Positions 28,812 to 37,138 of a stretch of DNA of 53,785 nucleotides are shown here, piece after piece. Every line of letters starts with the position of its first letter. The stretch's first letter is position 1. Made by a program: the position numbers and the translations under genes. Source of the DNA: Candidatus Tayloriibacteriota bacterium. Lineage in GTDB: Bacteria > Patescibacteriota > Minisyncoccia > Phycocordibacterales > PALSA-1337. The stretch spans positions 1 through 53,785 of the forward strand of contig JANNAN010000019.1 in NCBI GenBank assembly GCA_031384385.1, written 5' to 3'. The notes beneath the pieces are model-generated. The model was given only the letters and a program-made list of their open reading frames with translations, made no database searches and had not been told where the DNA came from.

Positions 28812-30365
28812 TGGTAATGAGAAACTAAAAGTACTTCCTTTCTCTAGTCCCTCTGAGTTTGCCCATATTTTACCTTTATGGCGCGAGATAATTTCTTTTG
28901 CAATAAATAATCCAATTCCCATACCCTCAGTATCTGCTTTTCTAGCTTCATGCGTTCTATAAAATTTTGAAAATATAAGATTAAATTCTTCTTTGCTTAT
29001 ACCCATGCCTGTATCATGTATAGAGAATATCATATCTTCACTATTCTTTTTAAACCCTATGGATATAATCCCATTATCCTTTGTGTAATGGATAGCATTC
29101 TCTATTAAGGTTTGAATTACAAATTTTATTCTTGCGAGATCACATTTAGTTTCTATTCCAGTCTCTATAGATTCAGTTATGTTTAATTGCTTGGCTTTGA
29201 TTTGATCAGATACAGATTCCAAAACATTTTCTACTGCCTTACTTATATCATTTTTTTCAAATTTATATTTGTATGAACTGTGCTCTGCTTCAGATGTTGT
29301 AACTAATAAGTCAGTTAATTCTATAAGTTTTTCATTTGCATTTTTTATATAACCCACCTGTGTAGACATTTCTGGAGTTAGTTGATAATTCTTTAGATTT
29401 TCTATTGCCCACTTTATTCCAGTTAAAGGTGTGCGGAATTTATGAGTAACTGTAGTAAGAAATTCATATTTTAATAAATCATTTTCTCTTAATGTTTTCC
29501 AAACGACAGTACTGATTGTTACAAAAAAAACAGCAGATATTACAGCCGTAACCCATGTTGGATAATTTGGTAAAAAACTTGTTATTATTCCATTAGAAAA
29601 ATTTAATAGGATGATTATTCCACCAACTATGATAATGCCAATTGCATAAAAGAATGCTTGTTTCGCGACGATCTTCACATCGAATAATTCATATTTGATA
29701 GCTCCATATAAGAACGGGGGTATGAAGATAAGCGGAAACAGCATACCAATTAGTGGATCTATTGGAATATTATAAATAAGAAAATTTGGTACGAAGCCCG
29801 GTATAAAAGCAACTATCAGCGTTATGATTAAGTATTTGTATTGATTCTTCTTAATTTCAGAGCTAGCTTCTTTGCGAGTTTTAAATAATAAGTATATAGA
29901 ATAGGGCACACAAACTCCATACAAAAAGGGAACTCTTATCCAATTTAGTATCCCCGGATTATAATAATTTGGAAAATACATTTTAGGGACTGATGACAGT
30001 AAGAAAATATCTGGAAATATTGAAAAGAAAATTACAATGATGATTGCTGATAAATGTATTAATATTATTGTCCATTTATTTTCTTTTTCCTTACCTATCA
30101 TATAAATGACTGAATGGACCAAGAAACTACCAATAAAAAATAAAGATAGATTGAACATTAGAAAAAATTTGGATAAATCTGGATTAGTAACATTTACTCC
30201 AATTACATGAGATATTGTGAATATTACTACGAACAATGCTGAAAATGCGAATGTAATATTTGTAATTTTATTTCTACCATTCAAAAAAGAAAATAAAGAA
30301 ACTCCTAATAATAATAAAGTCGACATCACTGATGTAATATTATGAGCGATTAGGTGGATATTCAT
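28794..30365 (-). CDS. sensor histidine kinase with a ~8-TM N-terminal domain (no response regulator in the window)
   Basis: H-box HKFRTPLTGI, N/G boxes HDTGMGIS and GMGIGLFIAKEI. Its start overlaps the stop of the upstream cohesin-like gene (CAATGAAT, ATGA overlap at 30362-30365). Confidence 0.85.
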   Translation of the reverse strand: MNIHLIAHNITSVMSTLLLLGVSLFSFLNGRNKITNITFAFSALFVVIFTISHVIGVNVTNPDLSKFFLMFNLSLFFIGSFLVHSVIYMIGKEKENKWTIILIHLSAIIIVIFFSIFPDIFLLSSVPKMYFPNYYNPGILNWIRVPFLYGVCVPYSIYLLFKTRKEASSEIKKNQYKYLIITLIVAFIPGFVPNFLIYNIPIDPLIGMLFPLIFIPPFLYGAIKYELFDVKIVAKQAFFYAIGIIIVGGIIILLNFSNGIITSFLPNYPTWVTAVISAVFFVTISTVVWKTLRENDLLKYEFLTTVTHKFRTPLTGIKWAIENLKNYQLTPEMSTQVGYIKNANEKLIELTDLLVTTSEAEHSSYKYKFEKNDISKAVENVLESVSDQIKAKQLNITESIETGIETKCDLARIKFVIQTLIENAIHYTKDNGIISIGFKKNSEDMIFSIHDTGMGISKEEFNLIFSKFYRTHEARKADTEGMGIGLFIAKEIISRHKGKIWANSEGLEKGSTFSFSLPLNNKY

Positions 30366-32077
30366 TGTGATATATCTTTTATTTCTTTGGTAATTGTGTT
30401 CTCTGATTCATCAAGATTTTTTTCAAAATGTTCTAGAAAAGCAATTTCTTCAGTAGTTAGTTTGCGTTTCGACTTCATAGATTTTAGTTTTGCTATATGT
30501 TCATCAATATCTTTTCTTAAAATGCTAAAAGATTTCCTTAGAATATATTCAGCTTCTCTAGCTTCGCGACGAAGAAGACGTAAAACTCTGAATAGGCGAT
30601 ACCAAAGAAATATACCCAGACCAATAATGCCACCTAGGGCAAGAATTGCGAATATTATTGCAGACATATATTTAAGTGCAAGATCTGTGATTTTGGTAAG
30701 GAATGGTGAATTAACGATAAGATTTAGGGGTTGAGTTTCATTGCTACGCGCACCTCTTGTGTCGATTACTCTTGCAGTGAATGTATACACTCCTGGCGGT
30801 AGAAGTTTTGTTGTGACTATAACAAAATCTCCAAATTCATTACTTTTTGTATATTCTTCAGATAGAATTTTGTTGTTTTGTTTAATAGAAATAGTAATAT
30901 CAGAATTTTTATAAGTTGTACCAAGAATCTTTATGATATCTCCAGATTCAATCTCTTCTTTATAATATTTTATTGTTGGAGCTTCAATATTTTCAATGGT
31001 GAAATCGGCAGAAGCACTTACAGTATTTCCCGCCTCATCAATAGCAGTAGCAATGACAGTGTGTGTACCTGGAAATTGTGAGGTGAGTGTATATGGGCTT
31101 GAAACTTCTGATGGCTCTACGCGTATAGGACTACTTCCTTCAACTTTAATATCGTAGTGACTGATACCAGAATCATCATCTGTTGTGCTAAAAATAAGTA
31201 CTGGCCTTGGTTCAAAACCCTTTGCTCCATGAGGAAAAGTAATAGAGAAGGGGTTCGGTGGCTTATTATCAATATTTACTCTATAACGAGCAATGTCACT
31301 CCAACCTTCGGCATTGCGTATCTGTAAAGAGAAATAATATGTTCCATTTGGAAGTGTATCAACTTTCTTCTTTGAAATGGGTGATGTATATAAAACAGTT
31401 GGAGTGATATTGGCAGATTTACCAATAAAAGTTCTCACCTCGATTGCATTTGGTGGAAGAGTCCATGAAAACTCAGGTGTATTGTTTGAATACCATTTGG
31501 CTTGATCTGAATGCGTTATTGATGAAATTGTCGGAGTATTTTTATTAGAATTATTTGCAGGTACAATAACTTTTTCGTTTATACCAGAATTTACAACAAA
31601 ACTAGCTGTACCCATACCATCAAGAATATCCGCACCAGATCCATCATTGGCGAGTATAGATCCAGAAGAAAAGCTTATATTTGCAAGACCAGCAGACTTT
31701 GCTCTAAAAACAACTGTAATGACATTCCCTTGAATACCAGTATAGCCGGGATTAAGAATTACTCCTTCAAAGTTCACCTTACCTTGAGTATTTGAAAAAG
31801 AAGGCTCTTGCACCCAAAGATTCACAATTGAATTGGATTTTGAAAGACTTATTACTTCAATTTTATCTTGTGGAAAAGATACAATTCCAGAAGCAGCATT
31901 TGCTGATTTATTAGGGCTAGAGACATATACATTTACCGAGAAAATATCTCCAATATTCCTTGAGACAGTTGATGGAGAAAATCCTAGAGTTGCAGCACTA
32001 GAGATATAAGGAAGACAGAAAAAAATAATAAATATAAAAACAATTTTAATTAATTTTGTGAATTCTTTTTTCTGCAT
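30362..32077 (-). CDS. cohesin-like domain surface protein with Ig-like repeats, a C-terminal TM anchor and a cytoplasmic coiled-coil tail
   Basis: Signal peptide IVFIFIIFFCLPYISSA. Cohesin-like module: IGDIFSVNVYVSS...ASGIVSFPQDKIEVISL...GKVNFEGVILNPGYTGIQGNVITVVFRAKSAGLANISF. TM segment AIIFAILALGGIIGLGIFLWY. I placed the start at MQKKEF (32077) rather than the ORF-track 32131. Confidence 0.6.
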   Translation of the reverse strand: MQKKEFTKLIKIVFIFIIFFCLPYISSAATLGFSPSTVSRNIGDIFSVNVYVSSPNKSANAASGIVSFPQDKIEVISLSKSNSIVNLWVQEPSFSNTQGKVNFEGVILNPGYTGIQGNVITVVFRAKSAGLANISFSSGSILANDGSGADILDGMGTASFVVNSGINEKVIVPANNSNKNTPTISSITHSDQAKWYSNNTPEFSWTLPPNAIEVRTFIGKSANITPTVLYTSPISKKKVDTLPNGTYYFSLQIRNAEGWSDIARYRVNIDNKPPNPFSITFPHGAKGFEPRPVLIFSTTDDDSGISHYDIKVEGSSPIRVEPSEVSSPYTLTSQFPGTHTVIATAIDEAGNTVSASADFTIENIEAPTIKYYKEEIESGDIIKILGTTYKNSDITISIKQNNKILSEEYTKSNEFGDFVIVTTKLLPPGVYTFTARVIDTRGARSNETQPLNLIVNSPFLTKITDLALKYMSAIIFAILALGGIIGLGIFLWYRLFRVLRLLRREAREAEYILRKSFSILRKDIDEHIAKLKSMKSKRKLTTEEIAFLEHFEKNLDESENTITKEIKDISQ

Positions 32078-32928
32078 AATTTTTTTATTAAGAATAACAA
32101 GATGAAGAGTACACTTATAATAATAAACCAATATTGTATATTCTCATAATGGCTTGGTGGATACTTTGGTTCAATTTCAATAATTCGTTCATTACCAAGC
32201 TTGTCGATTGCCTTTAGAAATATTTTCTTGCTAAGAGTTTGGTCTTTTAACAAATATGGACTTTCTACAACAGTAAACCAATCTAATATTCCTTCACGAA
32301 CTTTGTAGTTGGCTATGCCAGATATTTTATCTTGTGTGGCGAAAACAAGAAAATATTTTCCATCAAATATATTTGGATCTTTCTCAATAGTAGGGAAGAA
32401 GTTCTCTGGTAAGTCTTTATCAGTTAATATTTCTTCCGAGGCATTACTAATTCCTGATTTTATATAGACAGCTGTATTATTTAGTTTAAGTTCTACGGGG
32501 CTACCTAATCCATCATTTTTTAAAGCTTTCAAATCTTCTAATACAATAGAAGTTAAGCCTGTACCTTTTGCCTCAAAAACTACAGAAAAAATACTCTTAT
32601 TTGCCCCATTAAATCCTCCAGGGGTAATGCCAGAAAACAAAACAGAACCTGATTTTTCAATATGTGGTTTTTCAATCCAAAAGTTTATAACAGAATTACC
32701 ATCACGGATCTCCTTAATGGATAGCTTATCTGTTGGAAATACTAATCTACCACTGATAGCATTCAATGATTCTTCGGAATGAACTATGATATCTAGTGAA
32801 AATTGCTCATCAGAATTGACCTCTGATTTATGTGTATCAAGACGAATCTCAGCAGCAAAAACTGATTCAGCAATAAAAAATAAAGATATTAAAAGAAAAA
32901 CAGATGTTATTTTTGTATAAATATTCAT
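32050..32928 (-). CDS. cohesin-like domain surface protein with a C-terminal TM anchor
   Basis: Signal peptide ...IAESVFA. Cohesin-like module: EQFSLDIIVHSEESLNAISGRLVFPTDKLSIKEI...SGSVLFSGITPGGFNGANKSIFSVVFEAKGTGLTSIVL. C-terminal TM segment YWFIIISVLFILLFLI. Confidence 0.6.
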   Translation of the reverse strand: MNIYTKITSVFLLISLFFIAESVFAAEIRLDTHKSEVNSDEQFSLDIIVHSEESLNAISGRLVFPTDKLSIKEIRDGNSVINFWIEKPHIEKSGSVLFSGITPGGFNGANKSIFSVVFEAKGTGLTSIVLEDLKALKNDGLGSPVELKLNNTAVYIKSGISNASEEILTDKDLPENFFPTIEKDPNIFDGKYFLVFATQDKISGIANYKVREGILDWFTVVESPYLLKDQTLSKKIFLKAIDKLGNERIIEIEPKYPPSHYENIQYWFIIISVLFILLFLIKKLCRKKNSQN

Positions 32929-32932
32929 GATA

Positions 32933-33946
32933 TTATCCTGTCCAATTAAATGCCATTATTGAAAAATCTATAAGGTTTACTTTGCCATCTCCATTTAAAT
33001 CAATCAATGTTGGAGGATTGGCTCTTTTATACCAATACGCAATAATAGAAAAATCTATAAGGTTTACTTTGCCATCCTTGTTTAAGTCTGATTTTGAGAT
33101 AATCTTTTCTAGTGATTGTAAGAGTACATTCTTTGTACCCACAATAAAAGCTGCAACCTTACTAAAAGAGCTGATCTCACCATCTAGATATACTTTTGAT
33201 TTGGTGCTATGTTGTCCCATTTCAAGTACGGAGGTATCAAAGTTCAGTAAGTATACTCCATTTGCATCAGATTTTTTTTTTACAAAAAATTCTTCCTCGG
33301 AATTAATATTAACTGTTATTTCGGATAAAGGTGCGCTTTGTCCAAAAATAGCAATATTATCTCCACGACGCACTTCACTTTTATCAACAGCAATAGATGG
33401 TGCTATAAAGATATTACCGATTTTTGTGGTTACTCCAGCAGTAACACTTATTGGAAAAGTAAAGAGTGATGATCTGACACCTTTATCATCTTCTGAATAG
33501 ACACTAAAAATATAATTTCCACCAGAAAGACTTGATATTGTCATTTGAAAATTTGCACCTGCATCAGCAATCGTTGTTGCTGCAACCTGAGCATCTTTTA
33601 GAAGGGTAACTGTACTTCTTGGGTATGCTTTACCTGTAAAAACAACATTGGTGTTTGGAATAGTAGGAGTATTATTTCCTCCGCCTCCACCACCAGAATT
33701 AGAGCTACACATCGAAGTATTTAATGTACATGATGCTGTGCAAGAAAGAGTTCCTCCGGTAAAACCTTGTAAAGTACAAGATCCACCACCAAGATTTGAG
33801 CCGTCACATTGCTCACCGACAGAAATTATACCGTCTCCACATCCAGGTACTATTGCCGATATTTCAACAGTAATAGCTAAAACACTAAATGGAAAGAAAA
33901 ACAGAGAGAGTAAAAAAATGATTGATAGTGGATAAAATGATCTCAT
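32933..33946 (-). CDS. secreted dockerin-containing protein with an N-terminal Cys-rich repeat and an Ig-like middle region
   Basis: The C-terminus holds two canonical dockerin calcium-binding repeats, DLNKDGKVNLIDFSII and DLNGDGKVNLIDFSIM. The N-terminus CGDGIISVGEQCDGSNLGGGSC...SCTASC resembles the CGDG...EQCD cysteine-rich repeat. Confidence 0.75.
   Translation of the reverse strand: MRSFYPLSIIFLLSLFFFPFSVLAITVEISAIVPGCGDGIISVGEQCDGSNLGGGSCTLQGFTGGTLSCTASCTLNTSMCSSNSGGGGGGNNTPTIPNTNVVFTGKAYPRSTVTLLKDAQVAATTIADAGANFQMTISSLSGGNYIFSVYSEDDKGVRSSLFTFPISVTAGVTTKIGNIFIAPSIAVDKSEVRRGDNIAIFGQSAPLSEITVNINSEEEFFVKKKSDANGVYLLNFDTSVLEMGQHSTKSKVYLDGEISSFSKVAAFIVGTKNVLLQSLEKIISKSDLNKDGKVNLIDFSIIAYWYKRANPPTLIDLNGDGKVNLIDFSIMAFNWTG
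32961..33076 (-). repeat. 29-nt perfect direct repeat encoding the two dockerin segments
   Basis: gaaaaatctataaggtttactttgccatc occurs at 32961-32989 and again at 33048-33076 (87-nt period, 29 codons). Confidence 0.9.
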
Positions 33947-34930
33947 TCATTTTTGTTGTTGTGCTTGAGCAATAATCCAACGATTATATTTTTTGAGTGC
34001 TATTTTTCCTAAAAATCCAATGATAGAAGCTATGATAAGAACAATTATGAGTAGTTGCCAAGGGATAACAAAGAAGTTGTAGCTAGCCCTTGCTATCTGA
34101 TTTGTTGCTCCCCATGTAATATTTAGTTTTGCTGTATACCAACCGAAATGAAAATTATTCCATTGTTGTCCAACCATCTCAAAAAATCCAGGAATAGCAA
34201 TCTCTTCTTTGGAATTAGTTGGTTTTTGTATTTCTTGCCCCCATAGTACTTCAAATTTTCTGGCACTTCCTGGCAATACACTACCCTCATTTTTATTTGC
34301 TAAAAGTTTGGCTGAGGTATACTGTACTGTATTTTTAATTTTGATTTCACCCAAAGGCACAACACGATCTCCACCGGTATTATTTAGACGATAGGTAAAT
34401 GCTATTGGCAGGGTAGTAAAAAATCTCTGTTTTTCTTTGGTGTTAAACTCTAGTAGACCACCTCCTTCTTCTACATCACCAGAAACACGCAAAAGTATCA
34501 AAACACCTATTTTTCCACCGACAGATACTTGTCCTCCACCTTGTATGCCGGGCTCTTGGCTACCAAAAAATATTGCAGCAAAATGACCCCCTGGCTCAGC
34601 ATTTTTGGGAATAGTAATAGAATATGGAATGATAGTACGATTACCTGATTCTAGTATAACTTTACTTTTTGAATTTATCCATGTAGCGAGACCATCTTTT
34701 GCGCCAATAAAATGAGGAGCACCAGTATCTCCACTTGGTTCAAAATTTTCAAATGAAGTATAGAAGGTTCTTGCCCCCTCCTGCTCGTTAAAAAGCTCTA
34801 TTTCACCCTCAAGTTTTGCTCCTGGATCACCAGTAATCTCAACTCTTGCTGGGGATACTGTTAAAGCAAATACCGGACTTGCTATGCTTGCAATTACTAT
34901 AACTAGAATTGTATAAAATAAATTTCGCAT
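33947..34930 (-). CDS. DUF916/DUF3324-like (CscA-like) surface protein with a C-terminal TM anchor
   Basis: Signal peptide, then LTVSPARVEITGDPGAKLEGEIELFN and ...IIPYSITIPKNAEPGGHFAAIFF (DUF916-like pattern). A second beta domain contains TYRLNNTGGDRVVPLGEIKIKN. C-terminal TM segment LLIIVLIIASIIGFLG. Its stop abuts the next start (TGAATG). Confidence 0.55.
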   Translation of the reverse strand: MRNLFYTILVIVIASIASPVFALTVSPARVEITGDPGAKLEGEIELFNEQEGARTFYTSFENFEPSGDTGAPHFIGAKDGLATWINSKSKVILESGNRTIIPYSITIPKNAEPGGHFAAIFFGSQEPGIQGGGQVSVGGKIGVLILLRVSGDVEEGGGLLEFNTKEKQRFFTTLPIAFTYRLNNTGGDRVVPLGEIKIKNTVQYTSAKLLANKNEGSVLPGSARKFEVLWGQEIQKPTNSKEEIAIPGFFEMVGQQWNNFHFGWYTAKLNITWGATNQIARASYNFFVIPWQLLIIVLIIASIIGFLGKIALKKYNRWIIAQAQQQK

Positions 34931-34971
34931 TGGATATATGTTGGGAATAAACGCTTATATTTTAGATACTT

Positions 34972-36024
34972 CTAAAAGTTAGCAGTTGTTACATATGTAA
35001 GGGTAGAAGTGTATGCTCCCGCTTCTGTGTTTGAGGCGATGTTCGCAATATATCTTGCTGAGTAAGTGGTATTTGCAGAACTACCAGAAGCCGAAGCTAC
35101 TTGACTGGGGAAGGATGCTGTATTAAGTGCAAATCCTGATGCTGCATAAGGAGCAGTTACTGTACCAGAACCTCCTGTAGCAGTCATACGCAAACCAAAT
35201 TGTTCCGTACCAATAGCAGATGCTGTGTTTGATGCACCAATCGCAGTTATAGTGAATGCACCACTAGTTAGTGTAGTTCCATTCAGTGTCATACTGTAAC
35301 CACTTCCTGCATTTGTACCAACAATAACATTGTGTGCTTCTACTTCTGATGCTGAACAAGCAGCAGTACCTTGTGCATAACAAGCTGCTGATGATGAAAG
35401 ACTTCCAAAACCGATAGTGTTATCTGAAATACTGAATGTTAGAGATTGATCAACAGTAGCCGTAACTGCTACTTGGTCATCAGTTAAAATATTCACTGTT
35501 ATGTTTCCTGTGTCTGTAAATGTACCAGAAATAGCTATTACCTTTGAACCATTAGAAGTGGTGTTGGTGATCTGTCTAACCCCAGTTGATTGGTTGGTAG
35601 CATTTGTACCAATTTTAATTCTCATTACACTACCAGCTGTAACTACGGTTGTACCGTTTGTAAGAGTTATTACTGTTGCTGAAGTACGAACCGCTCCCCA
35701 TGTAGCACCAGATGGAGAGGCTGCCAAAGTAACATTTGATGCATCATCAAGCACATCCATATCAGTAAAATCCATGGCAGCTGCTATAGAAAAATCAGAT
35801 GGCAAAGTAATAATAATAGTTTGGCCTGAGGCAACACCGGTAGGCGTTGTAAATTGGATATCATGGTTAGCTAGAGTGCTGACCTTTTGTGAAGATAGGG
35901 TATCAGAGGCAGCAGTGATCGCGGCAGCATAGGCCGTCTGTACCCCACTTGAGAGTGTAAGTAATCCTATAACAAGATAAAGACTTGTTAGAAAATGTAC
36001 TCTTGAAATAAATGTTCTGTTCAT
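34972..36024 (-). CDS. secreted beta-rich surface/fibre subunit candidate (paralog A)
   Basis: Signal peptide ...GVQTAYA; Thr/Ser/Ala/Gly-rich. Its C-terminal ~155-aa module (QSLTFSISDNTIGFGSL...GTEQFGLRM...AGAYTSTLTYVTTANF) is shared with the next gene. The module ending resembles SCPU/WxL-type subunits. Confidence 0.6.
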   Translation of the reverse strand: MNRTFISRVHFLTSLYLVIGLLTLSSGVQTAYAAAITAASDTLSSQKVSTLANHDIQFTTPTGVASGQTIIITLPSDFSIAAAMDFTDMDVLDDASNVTLAASPSGATWGAVRTSATVITLTNGTTVVTAGSVMRIKIGTNATNQSTGVRQITNTTSNGSKVIAISGTFTDTGNITVNILTDDQVAVTATVDQSLTFSISDNTIGFGSLSSSAACYAQGTAACSASEVEAHNVIVGTNAGSGYSMTLNGTTLTSGAFTITAIGASNTASAIGTEQFGLRMTATGGSGTVTAPYAASGFALNTASFPSQVASASGSSANTTYSARYIANIASNTEAGAYTSTLTYVTTANF

Positions 36025-36133
36025 AAAAATTATTTGCTTGTAAATATTAGTTTAATAAAAATTTTGTAGTAACTTAAATAGTATAGCATATTTTTTATTG
36101 TCAATGCTAGCAAAAATGTGGGTAAGTTTTATA

Positions 36134-37138
36134 TTAAAAAGTTGCTGTTACAGTATATGTTAAAACTGAAGAATAACTTCCATTTTCAGTATTAGCAGAA
36201 ATATTACTTATATAACGAACTCCAAATTGACTGGTTACTCCATCTCCAGCACCTGATGTAACCTGATCTGGAAATGTAGCAGTATCCATTGCCCAATTTG
36301 AACCATTGTATGGAGCGCTCACTGAACCTGTCCCAGAATTTACAATCGCACGCAAACCAAATTGTTCAGTTCCTGAGCTTCCTGCTACGGCTGTACCACC
36401 TATTGCTGTAACAGTATTTCCGCCAGATGTAAGTGTATTCCCATTGAGCGTCATTGTGTAACCGCTAGATGCATTGGTTGATATTGATATAGTATGAGCA
36501 TCACTTGTATCAGATGCAGAACCATTTGTATCTCCTGTGGCATATCGAGCTCCTGAAGCCACAAGTGTGCCAAAACCAATAGTATTATCTGAAATACTAA
36601 ATGTTAATGATTGACTTCCTCCAACAGCAGTGGCACATATTTTAGTAGTGTAGGCACTTCCATCTCCGACATGAGAATTTGTAGTTGCATTTAAAGAGCC
36701 AAGAGTTGTATCAAATCCAGAACAATTAGTTGCCTGATAACCAACTGATACAGAACCTCCTGATGGTACTGATATACAAGCATTGTTAGCATAATTTACT
36801 TGACTGTTTTGTTCCACATGAGCGTTACTTGTTCCAGATAATTTAAGTACCGTAGCAAATGTACCAGAGCAAGAATTACCGAGACTACTTACTCCGCTAC
36901 AACAAATAACATTATTGCTATAATTTCCATTTGCTTGACTAGGAAGTTCCGCATGAGCATTTGATGATCCGGACATGCGCAAAATCACTGTATTAGTACA
37001 AGCAGCAGCAGTTGTAATAGAGCAAGATAAAGTACCAGCATGAGAAATATGTTCAAATGATAATGCAAAGAAAAAGATGGTCAAAAATAAAACTGTAATC
37101 CTTTGTTTCTTATTAAAAAGTTGTAGTAGTTGTACCAT
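36134..37138 (-). CDS. secreted beta-rich surface/fibre subunit candidate (paralog B) with a triple Cys-containing N-terminal repeat
   Basis: Three copies of an SNAH-type motif: MSGSSNAHAELPSQANGNYSNNVICC, LSGTSNAHVEQNSQVNYANNACIS and LNATTNSHVGDGSAYTTKICAT. The C-terminal module QSLTFSISDNTIGFGTL...GTEQFGLRA...NGSYSSVLTYTVTATF is paralogous to 34972-36024. Confidence 0.6.
   Translation of the reverse strand: MVQLLQLFNKKQRITVLFLTIFFFALSFEHISHAGTLSCSITTAAACTNTVILRMSGSSNAHAELPSQANGNYSNNVICCSGVSSLGNSCSGTFATVLKLSGTSNAHVEQNSQVNYANNACISVPSGGSVSVGYQATNCSGFDTTLGSLNATTNSHVGDGSAYTTKICATAVGGSQSLTFSISDNTIGFGTLVASGARYATGDTNGSASDTSDAHTISISTNASSGYTMTLNGNTLTSGGNTVTAIGGTAVAGSSGTEQFGLRAIVNSGTGSVSAPYNGSNWAMDTATFPDQVTSGAGDGVTSQFGVRYISNISANTENGSYSSVLTYTVTATF

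Noticed and set aside
32078-32131. 18-codon upstream extension of the cohesin-like gene (MVYYYKCTLHLVILNKKI).
   Set aside because: The signal peptide begins after the internal Met (MQKKEFTKLIKIVFIF...). The extension would deepen the overlap with the upstream gene.
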